DNA of 64,000 nucleotides from the NCBI GenBank assembly GCA_964016885.1, contig OZ024743.1, positions 237,212,001 to 237,276,000 of the forward strand, given 5' to 3'. Positions 53,820 through 64,000 of the stretch are shown here, piece after piece. The position numbers were made by a program, and so were the translations under genes. The stretch comes from Eledone cirrhosa. Lineage: Eukaryota. Position 1 is the stretch's first letter, and each line of letters starts with the position of its first letter. The notes under the pieces were generated by a model. The model had not been told where the DNA came from. It saw only the letters and a list, made by a program, of their open reading frames with translations, and searched no databases.

Positions 53820-54800
53820 TATCCAATTCCTCTTATGCCAAGTTTTCATCTCAGTTCACTTATGCTACGTCGTTCATGCTCACTAACATTACACATCCAT
53901 CAGAACATACTCATTTCTTTCCAGCCTTCGCAAGTCTTCTGCAATCAAGGCCAATGAATCACTGCCATTCGCACACAAGCATCATACAGTCTACCCTTCA
54001 CGCTGAGGGAGAAGTAAAGCTATTAGATCTCTAAATTTCTTCCAACCTATTCTGATCTTTGCTATCACAAATTCGAACAAGGACACTTCCCTAATGGTAT
54101 TACCCTCCTGTCCTCTTTCCAATTTATTAAGACTTTTATCTTAGCTAAATTCACTTTTAATCCTTTCAACGTTAGGTTCTACTTCCAAATTTTGTTTTTA
54201 ACTCTCCTACAGATTCAGCTGTGAGGACTAGGTAATCATTATACAGGAGCTTCCATGGAGTACCTCTGCCCATGTTAGTATACCTGGCACCTAGCCTCTC
54301 TTCTACTTCCTTGGTATTGTTCCCTGTCCCCCCTTTCCAATGTTGTTTTTATGGCTCTATCTAAGCACCACACCATCAACCTCCATCTTGCTTGAACTTT
54401 GCTCCAACTGCAGGCCTGGTTTGTGGTTTCTAGCAGGTTGTCCAATAGAAAAATAAAAGTAACTTTATTTCAAAATCTTTGTAAATTCTTATCATACTCA
54501 TCATCATTTTACATTCTCTTTTCCATGCTTGCTACAAGTTCTATTGTTGTTTTCCATCTTTGCATGAAGTCTACAGATCTTTATCATGCTTACATGAGTT
54601 GTATGGGTCTTTACCAGCCCACCGTCCCACCTTCATCATCTCGTCTGTGAATTTCAATGATTTAAGATTGGGTCTCACCACATCTGCCAATACCTTCGTG
54701 CTACTGTAATTCCATTCCATTGGCATTTCTTCACCTAATAATCCTCATTTATTCACATGTCTGTACCAGCACAACCTTCTCTCTTACACACCTTAGTTGT
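53820..54800 (-). mobile_element. Highly decayed RTE LINE fragments
   Basis: Remnants such as PWKLLYNDYL (compare PWELLYADNL at 59250) and a (CAT)n tail at ~54500. Confidence 0.5.
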
Positions 54801-54831
54801 CTTGGATAAAAAAACAATGATTTATTCTCAT

Positions 54832-55365
54832 GTACAAGACATGTCATATGTCACAACACCTCTACAAGACATGTCATATCTCACAACATCTCTACATGAC
54901 ATACCATATGTCACAACACCTCTACATGACATAGCATATGTCACAACACCTCTACATGACATACCATATGTCACAAAACCTCCACATGACATGTCATATC
55001 TCACAACACCTCTACATGACATGTCATATGTCACAACAACATGACACCATATATCACAACAACATGACATACCATATCTCACAACCCCTCTACATGACAT
55101 ACCATATCTCACAACATCTCTACATGACATACCATATGTCACAACAACATGACATACTATATATCACAACCCCTCTACATGACATACCATGTCAGAACAA
55201 CATGACATACCATATGTCACAACAACATGACATACTATACATCACAACCCCTCTACATGACATACCATATGTCACAACAACATGACATACCATACATCAC
55301 AACCCCTCTACATGACATACCATATGTCACAACATGACATACCATATGTCACAACACCATCTCTA
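54832..55365. repeat. 30/23-bp minisatellite
   Basis: Unit ACATGACATACCATATGTCACAACACCTCT and a shortened variant. Confidence 0.92.
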
Positions 55366-55547
55366 CAACTCCAATAAGAGTTACAATGATCAGAATAATT
55401 ATAGACTAATATCTTCAGGTTAAGGACCTCATCTTGGTTGTTATAGTCACAACATTTCTGTTCTTGGACCCTCTCACCTTCTGCATGTATCTGTTAGCTT
55501 TGATAATTAGTTCCAAGAAAGTATACATACATTGACTTTTTACCATT

Positions 55548-56325
55548 GACATTACTCTATATATACTATTATATTTTCACAGTAAAGGCTTAACCTCACA
55601 TAATATCTCACATAACATTTACATTACTCTATATATACTATTATATTTTCACAGTAAAGGCTTTACCTCACATAATATCTCTCATAACATTTACATTACT
55701 CTATATATACTATTATACTTTCACAGTAAAGGTTTTACCTCACATAATATCTCTCATAACATTTACATTACTCTATATATACTATTATATTTTCACAGTA
55801 AAGGCTTTACCTCACATAATATCTCACATAACATTTACATTACTCTATATATACTATTATATTTTCACAGTAAAGGCTTTACCTCACATAATATCTCTCA
55901 TAACATTTACATTACTCTATATATACTATTATATTTTCACAGTAAAGGCTTTACCTCATAATATCTCACATAACATTTACATTACTCTATATATATACTA
56001 TTGTATTTTCACAGTAAATACTTTACCTCACGTAATATCTCACATAACATTTAGATTACTCTATATATACTATTATATTGTCACAGTAAAGGCTTTACCT
56101 CATAATATCTCTCATAACATTTACATTACTCTATATATACTATTGTATTTTTGTGGTAAAGGTTTTACCTTACATAATTATCTGACATGATATCAAATCT
56201 ATGAGATTTTTGATATTATTTATTTTAAGAACAATACCTTAACATCAGTATGAGCAGCTGGTTATGGCTGGTTTGAACAGAAAGAGGTGAGAGAATTCTG
56301 GCCAGATACGGACGGTTTAAATGAA
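55548..56325. repeat. ~70-bp tandem repeat (x8-9) derived from the MITE, running into the MITE remainder
   Basis: Unit ACATTACTCTATATATACTATTATATTTTCACAGTAAAGGCTTTACCTCACATAATATCT.. matches 37320-37390; 56165-56325 matches the rest of the MITE. Confidence 0.85.
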
Positions 56326-56679
56326 ATAGTTTTAATAACAAGAAAACAACAGAATATTTACTGAATTAGTTAAGTCAGATTGTTTATTTCATTTTTTTTC
56401 TCCCTAAAATTTCTTCATAAAAACAGTTTTATGTATTAAAAAGAATGTAATGTAACCAGTAACAGATTAAATGTGTGAGGCTGAAAGGGCCCCAAATCAA
56501 TAGTTTTTCTAGCAGAAATAATATACAAGGGCCTTGTTGAAATGTTCAGCCAGAGTCCCCCAGGAAGTTTAATCCAAAAGATGTGTTGGATACCAACAAT
56601 TGATATGTAGTGAATTGTCAACAGAAGAATGTAATGGAGGTCTTTGAGATGAGAGAACTGAATGATGGATGAAATAAAT

Positions 56680-57705
56680 TGATGTGATGTGGTGTGGTGT
56701 AGGGTGGTGTGGTATGGTATGGTGTAGTGTAGTGTGGTGTGGTGTGGTGTAGTGTGGTGTGGTGTGGTGTAGTGTGGTATAGTGTGTTGTGGTGTGTAGT
56801 GTGGTGTGTGGTGTGGTGTAGTGTAGTGTAGTGTGGTGTGGTGTGGTGTGATGTAGGGTGGTGTAGTGTGGTGTGGTGTGATGTAGGGTGGTGTGGTGTA
56901 GTGTGGTGTGGTGTGGTGTGGTATAGTGTAGTATAGTGTGGTGTGTGATGTAGAGTGGTGTGGTGTAGGGTGGTATGGTGTAGTGTGGTGTGGTGTGATG
57001 TAGGGTGGTGTGGTGTGATGTGGTGTGGTGTAGTGTAGTGTAATGTAGTGTAGTGTGGTGTGGTGTGGTGTGGTGTGGTGTGGTGTGGTGTGGTGTGGTG
57101 TGGTGTGATGTAGGGTGGTATGGTGTGGTGTGGTGTAGTGTGGTGTGGTGTGGTATGGTGTGATGTAGGGTGGTGTGGTGTGATGTAGGGTGGTGTGGTG
57201 TGGTGTAGTGTAGTGTGGTGTGGTATAGTGTAGGGTGGTGTGGTGTGGTGTGGTGTAGTGTAGTGTAGTGTGGTGTGATGTAGGGTGGTGTGGTGTGGTG
57301 TAGTGCGGTGTGATGTAGGGTGGTGTGGTGTAGTGTAGTGAAGTGTGGTGTGATGTAGGGTGGTGTGATGTAGAGTTGTGTGGTGTGCTGTGCTGTACTG
57401 TGGTGTAGTGTAGTGTGGTGTAGTGTAGTGTAGTGTGGTATGATGTAGTGTAGTGTGGTATGATGTAGTGTAGTGTGGTGTGATGTGGTGTAGTGTAGTG
57501 TAGTGTGGTGTGGTGTAGTGTAGTGTGGTGTGGTGTAGTATGGTGTAGTGTTGTGTGGTGTGGTTTGATATGTTGTAGTGTGGTGTGATGTAGTGTAGTG
57601 TAGTGTGGTATGATGTAGTGTAGTGTAGTGTGGTATGATGTGTAGTGTAGTGTGGTGTGTTGTAGTGTGGTGTAGTGTAGTGTAGTGTAGTGAGGTGTGG
57701 TGTTA
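56680..57705. repeat. (GTGTG/GTGTA)n satellite, reverse orientation of the 21-27 kb array type
   Basis: Direct reading. Confidence 0.95.
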
Positions 57706-58567
57706 TGATGTGAACATTTTGTATGGAGAAAATGGTTTTGGTTTACGACCATTTCCTGAGACAAATGTCCTTCAAGAACGAATTAAGTTTGTGAACCAAG
57801 TTTCCACTGTATTTTCTTATTTAGTTCATTGATTCCTTTTTATCCTAACCACAAGGTTCACTGCTCTACAACATACAATCAATCATAGATCAATACAAGA
57901 ACATTAGGACTCCAAACTTGGATGACAACATATCGTGTATTAATTGGTACCTTTGTTAATTAAATATAATTATGTTCTTTATATCTAGTCATTAAATTTT
58001 CAACCTATGTATTATAGATAGTACAGGTATTCTATACAGGTATTTTAAGAATATTAAATTGATTAATATCAACCAGCCTGACCAAATTTGCCAGGTACAT
58101 AGTTCAGTACTGATATATTATATTAGTGTAAGGAATGGTATTCTATGGTTATATGAATATCATCATCTGTTCCACACTAGCATGGCTTAGACGTACTATA
58201 TTAGTATAAGTAGCAGAAATACTAAATAATGTATTAGTGTGTGGAACGGTACAAAGAGTCTATATATAATATATTAATGTATATTAGAGCATGTCTGAGG
58301 AAGGAGCCCCATGAGGTGGGGTGGATGATACAGTGGCTGTATCTGGCCATTGTCTGCAGAAATGGTTTTGTATGTCTTCCTTCCTCTTCTCACTCCCAAG
58401 TCCCCTCATTTTTCTCTCTTTCTATCTTTCAATGAAGGACTAGCGTCTGAAAGGTTAACACTCTATTCCAACTCTATTAAGCATTAAACTAATATACCAT
58501 TACTGTAGTGTGTTGTTCTCTTATAGTGCATATTTTTTCATGCAGACTTTTCTTTTATATATATATA

Positions 58568-58622
<55 letters not shown>

Positions 58623-58644
58623 CATCATCATCATCATGATATAA

Positions 58645-60618
58645 ATATATAAATGCTGAAATGCTGAAAGCATCTGGAATGGTGGGACACACTATGGTCA
58701 CCCGGATAGTAAACCAAGTCATACAGAACGGGGTCATACCAAATGACTGGCATAGCAGCATCATCATTAACTGCTACAAGGGTAAAGGAGATGCACTAGA
58801 TAGAGGAAACTATAGAGGCATTAAATTAATTGACCAGGTCATGAAGGTCACAGAAAAAGTTATAGCGCAACTAATCAGAGAGCAAATTGATCTAGACGAA
58901 ATGCAGTTTGGGTTTGTACCACAGACGCCCTTTTCCTTGTACGACAACTACAGGAGAAGTACCTAGCTAAAAGTAAACCCCTATACTTAACTTTTGTTGA
59001 CTTGGAGAAAGCATTTGACAGAGTCCCCCGCTCCATTATCTGGTGGGCTCTTAGAAAACTAGGTGTTGATGAATGGCTTGTGAGAGCTATACAAGCCATG
59101 TATAAAGAAACAGTCAGCAAGGTTAGAATTTACAACGAATATAGTGAAGAATTTAGCATAAAAGTTGGTGTTCATCAGGGCTCTGTCCTTAGCCCCCTCC
59201 TATTTATTATTGCCTTTCAGGCTATAACAGAGGAATTCAAGACCAGCTGCCCATGGGAACTTCTATATGCAGATAATCTAACACTCATAGCTGAATCGAT
59301 GGATGAACTAAAGAAGAAATTCCAAACATGGAAGCATGGCCTAGAATCAAAAGGCCTTAAAGTTAACTTGTCTAATACTAAAGTTCTAGTATGTAGGAAG
59401 GAAAATAGGGCACAGGTCCCTTCTGGGAAATGGCCATGCTCAGCGTGTAGGAAAGGAGTAGGCAGAAATTCCATTTTATGTCCCAAATGCAAAGGGTGCA
59501 TAAAAGATGTTGTGGGATCACAGGTAAGCTATCTAAGAATGTAGATTTTATATGTGGCAGGTGCAATAAGTAGCAAGCGCCCACAGGATACTAGCTCCTT
59601 CTATTGCCCAGATGGCTCTATAGGAATAGTGGACACCTTCCGTTACCTGGGTGACAAAATCAGCAGTGGTGGAGAGTGATCTGAAAGTACAGTAGCCAGA
59701 GTCAGAACGGGATGGAAAAAGTTCAGAGAGCTTATACCACCATTGGCCGCTAAAGGTTTCTCTCTAAAAATAAAAGGCAGACTGTATGATGCCTGCATAC
59801 GAACAGCAATGTTACATGGCAGTGGGACATGGGCATTGTGTGTAGAGGACCTACACAGATTGGAAAGGAACGAAGCATGCATGCTCCATTGGATGTGTAA
59901 TAGTAATATATATAAACGGCAAAACATAAACAAATCAAGTGAGAAATTAGGAATAAGAGGGATCAGATGCTGTTTACTTGAGAGAAGATTATGTTGGTAT
60001 GGTCATGTGATGTGCATGAAAGACAACAGCTGTATAAAAAAGTGCAGGGTGATCAAAGTTGATGAAAGTTACGGAGAAGGTAGACCCAGAAAAACTTGGG
60101 ATGACATGATAAAATCCAACCTTACACACTTACACCTCTCTAAGTCAATGTCACTGGATCGAGACCTTTGGTGCTACACAGTAATACAGAAGACCTGCCT
60201 TCCCTATGTACAAAGTTAAACCTACAGTCAGTAGACACCTCTTAACCAAATATAGACCCCAATCCACTACCCCTACTCCATCCTCCCACTCCCACCAACA
60301 CCACCCCTTTCTCTGTAAAGTTGGTACCACAACATCCAGTCCAAACTAATGAGGTCGTGTAGGTGTCACAACAAAAAAGCACACAGTCCACGCTGTAATG
60401 TGGTCGTGTAGGAGACATGGTAAAAAGCTCCCAGTCGACACTGTAAGCATGGTTGGTGTTAGGAAGGGCATCCAGCCATAGAAAACCAGCCAGATAGTCC
60501 TATACGAGCGAGACATGGTCACCTGATTAATCTTGCCTCAAGTGGGACAATTCCTGTCTAACCCATGCTAGCGTGGAAGATAGACGTTAAACCATGATGA
60601 TGATGATGATGATGATGA
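58645..60618 (+). mobile_element. 5'-truncated RTE-clade LINE, disrupted
   Basis: NYRGIKL, QFGF, DLEKAFDRVP, GVHQGSVLSPLLF, LLYADNL, YLGD, WYGHV, GRPRKTW; (GAT)n tail. Confidence 0.9.
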
Positions 60619-60869
60619 TATATATATATGTCCTGGGGTACTCTATGTAATATGTATACAGTACCTAATAGTGTTACTTTCTGTATGTTGTATATATATG
60701 TAAGTCTTAGGGTACTCTATATAATATGTGTACTGTACTTAGTAGGTGTGTGTGTGTATTGGGAGCAGGTGTGTGTGTGTATGTGTGTAGATGGGTTAAC
60801 CTGGGTTCATATTCCTGAGAAATGGTGATGACAATTCCCTTAAATTTCACTTATAAGGGTAGTAGGTGG

Positions 60870-61050
60870 TGACTGAGGTTGTGAGTTTAATTCCAGGAAC
60901 AAGCGGTGTGTTGTATCCTTGAGCAAGATACTTTACTTTCACTATGCTCATAATCTGCTCAGCTGGACAATATAAAGGGCTGCAAAAACAATGGTGCCAA
61001 GTTGTATCAGCTTTTGTCTTTCCCTTGGACAATATTGGTAGTGTGGAGAG
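60870..61050 (+). mobile_element. Family B SINE, degenerate
   Basis: GGTTGTGAGTTTAATTCC..CCTTGAGCAAGATACTTTA..GGTGCCAAG..TTTCCCTTGGACAA. Confidence 0.65.
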
Positions 61051-62043
61051 AGCTAAGCCAAGCTGAGCTAGACAGAGCTGTGTTCATCCGATCTGATCCA
61101 AGATAACCGATTCCATACCGGATCACCGATCCAATACCAGATTACCGATCCAACAACAGATCCCAAAGCCAACACCAATCACCAATCTATTACTGGATCA
61201 CCAGACTGATACCGGATCCCTGATTCGCTACCAGACCCAGCCCAATCCCAGATCTCTAATCCGATCCCAGACCTCTGATCCAATACCATATCCCTGATCT
61301 GATATTGGATCACCAATCCAATACAAGATCACTGATCCGATACCAGATCCCTAATCTGATTCTGGGTCCCCGATCCAATCCCAGATCTCTAATCTGATCA
61401 TGGATCTCGGATCCCAGAGTTAAGCGAAGCCAAGCTGAGCTGGACAGGGCTGAGTTGAGCCAAGCCAATCCTAGCTGGACAGGGCTGAGTTGAGCCTAAC
61501 CAAGCTGAACTGGACAGGGCTGAGTTGAGCCAAGCTAAGCTGAGCTGGACAGGGTTAAGTTGAGCCCAAAACCAAGCCTAGCTGGACAGGGCTGAGTTGA
61601 GCCAAGCCTAGCTGAGCTGGACAGAGCTGGGTTGAGCCAAGCCAAGCTGAGTTGAGCCAAACCAAGCTGATCTGGACAGGGCTGAGTTGAGCCAAACCAA
61701 GCTGAGCTGGACAGGACTGAGTTGAGCCAAACCAAGCTGAGCTGGACAGGGCTGAGTTGAGCCAAGCCAAGCCAAGCTGGACAGTGGTGAGTTGAGCTAA
61801 GCCAAACTGAGCTGGACAGAGCTGAGTTGAGCCAAACCAAGCTGAGCTGGACAGGGCTGAGTTGAGCCAAGCCAAGCCAAGCTGGACAGTGGTGAGTTGA
61901 GCTAAGCCAAACTGAGCTGGACAGAGCTGAGTTGAGCCAAGCCAAGCTGAGCTGGACAGGGCTGAGTTGAGCCAAGCCAAGCTGAGCTGGACAGAGCTGA
62001 ATTGAGCCAAATCAAGTTGAGTTGAACCAAGCCAAGCTGAGCT
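61050..62043. repeat. GATC-rich degenerate repeat (61085-61415) followed by ~35-bp GAGCTGGACAGGGCTGAGTTGAGCCAAGCCAAGCT array
   Basis: Direct reading. Confidence 0.88.
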
Positions 62044-62180
62044 GTGTATATATAAATTCTGTGGTACTATGTAATATTTAAGTCCTGGGTTACTCTATAT
62101 ATATTATAGTACAGTCTTACTTAGTAGTACTATATTTTGTATGTTGTATATATATATCATCATCATTATTTAACGTCCAT

Positions 62181-62372
62181 CCAAGGGCGGTGGATTGGCA
62201 TTATCAGTGGAGAGTCGGACGCCATGCTTTCCAGCATAGTTACGTCCCTTTACGGTCTGAGTTCAAATCCCGCCGAGGTTAACTTTGCCTTTCATCCTTA
62301 CGGGGTCGATAAAATAAAGTACCAGTAATGTACTGGGTAATTGCTGGTCTTGTGCCAAAAGTAAAAACAATT
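62181..62372 (+). mobile_element. Family A SINE, full length
   Basis: B-box GTTCAAATCC, conserved core and 3' end. Confidence 0.8.
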
Positions 62373-62770
62373 ATTTAACGTCCATCTTCCATGCTACACA
62401 ATGATGATGTTGATGATGATGATATATATATATATATGTGTGTGTGTGTTCAGTAAAAGTTGTTTTGGTAAAAAACAGGAGTATGTTTGTATATATTGAT
62501 ATATACATATATGTATGTATTTATGTGTGTATGTATATATAAATGTATGTATATATGTATGTATATATGTATGTATGTGTGTGTGTATATATATATGTGT
62601 GTGTATGTGAGAGTGTATAAGTATATATGTATAGATATAGCCAGTTCTGCAGGAGCAGGATTCAATCATCTGACCCAACTTGCCTCAAATAGGACAACCC
62701 GTCTGACCCATGCTAATGTGGAAGGTGGACGTTAAATGACAATGATAATGATGATATGTATGTATATTTT

Positions 62771-62821
<51 letters not shown>

Positions 62822-62909
62822 ATAATAATAAATGCGAAGACTAAATTCCAAAGAGGGCTCAATAAGGATAAATATATATCAAATATATAAGAATCCTAGA
62901 GCAAATTTT

Positions 62910-63045
62910 TATTAAAATAACAGATTAAAGTTTAAGCAAAGAATCGCTGCTTTCACCCTTAACGGGATCTTCTGAAACTTTCAGAAGATCCCGTTAAGGG
63001 TGAAAGCAGCGTTCTTTGCTTAAACTTTAATCTGTTATTTTAATA
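62910..63045. repeat. Near-perfect palindrome (~67-bp arms)
   Basis: Centre CTTCTGAAA-C-TTTCAGAAG at 62978. Confidence 0.9.
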
Positions 63046-63063
63046 TATATATATATATATATA

Positions 63064-63508
63064 TATAAATTACACAAGTATCAAAGTTATGTTCAAATCA
63101 TTTAATCGCTGACAATTGTTCTTCCAAACTTTAGCATTATCAATGTTTGTACATATAATTAACCTCCTATTCAACTGAACAATCATATAGATACATATAT
63201 ATTGATGTTGTGAACAACAGTTTAGTATATATAGGGTGTAATGGATGTGACATACATGCTTAATCTTAATTTGAATTATTGTACAATTCTCGTATAATAT
63301 ATGTCGCATCCATTACACCCTATATATACTAAACTGTTGTTCACAACATCAATATATATGTATCTATATGATTGTTCAGTTGAATAGGAGGTTAATTATA
63401 TGTACAAACATTGATAATGCTCCGATGACTCCAAACTAAAGTTTGGAAGAAACAATTGTCAGCAATAAAATGATTTGAACATAACTTTGATACTTGTGTA
63501 ATTTATAT
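63064..63508. mobile_element. Fold-back element (~190-bp arms, ~45-bp spacer), probably Penelope-derived
   Basis: Arms 63064-63254 and 63300-63508; hammerhead plus AATAAA in the right arm. Confidence 0.7.
63418..63464 (+). ncRNA. Minimal type I hammerhead ribozyme motif (U4C variant)
   Basis: TGCT-CCGATGA-c-TCCAAAC taaa GTTTGGA-a-GAAAC-AATT-GTC-AGCA. Confidence 0.68.
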
Positions 63509-63650
63509 TCCTGCTCTGTAAAACACCTGATGTTCTTACATTGAGCTATTTCTCTTACTGGTAATAAGGTAGTAGGAAATTACTGACCTTTCCTGTTTAT
63601 AGTTATTTATAGTATAGTATATACATAACTATAAATAGTATCTTTATTAT

Positions 63651-63726
<76 letters not shown>

Positions 63727-63730
<4 letters not shown>

Positions 63731-64000
63731 GGTGCAGACGATATTTGTTTGCAATTTTCAACTGCTAATTTTATGCAAATTTTTTTTACTTCCGTTGTCA
63801 CTCTTGTCTTCATAAAAACAGTGACTATATTTCCATTATTTATTTTCAGAATAATTGATTATGAATAACTTTGAACCTCCAAATTTGTGGAAGAGACACA
63901 GAGTTTTTTTTGGAATCCGCGCCGGGAGGACAAATAAGGACCAGAAGATCAACTCCCAGAACAACAGGTGGCTCGCTGTCTCATCCAAAGACGTGCCTAG
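63727..64000 (+). mobile_element. Possible start of a Tc1/mariner-type element
   Basis: TA-CAGGGTG terminus at the end of a (TA)n tract; only one end is in the window. Confidence 0.35.

Noticed and set aside
58428-58462. Hammerhead-like CAATGAAGGAC..GTCTGAAAGG
   Set aside because: Core too degenerate to support a call.
62981-63022. Hammerhead in the palindrome (CAGAAGA-TCCC..GGGT-GAAA)
   Set aside because: Core U4 is replaced by A and no stem I is evident; at best a dead relic.

Overview
Repeat-dense animal genomic DNA. The SINE/LINE and microsatellite repertoire suggests a cephalopod or other mollusc (inference). There is one probable host gene, a single-exon 12-finger C2H2 zinc-finger ORF (49783-52470). 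The rest is mobile or repetitive. It includes three copies of a Tx1/L1-type APE-RT LINE, all sitting in (ATT)n, one with an intact ORF2 and one with a swapped 5'UTR/ORF1. It also includes a decayed R4/Dong-type RLE LINE in the same (AAT)n tract, two Gypsy-type LTR relics, RTE and CR1 fragments, tRNA-derived SINEs, TTAA MITEs, mariner remnants, (TA)n-flanked fold-back elements carrying hammerhead ribozyme motifs, and large micro/minisatellites. The most unusual signal is that two divergent LTRs are both followed by the same 12-nt 'PBS'. It is complementary to the 5' end (nt 1-12) of tRNA-Phe rather than to a tRNA 3' CCA end, implying priming by a 5' tRNA fragment. All calls are by eye; no database searches were run.
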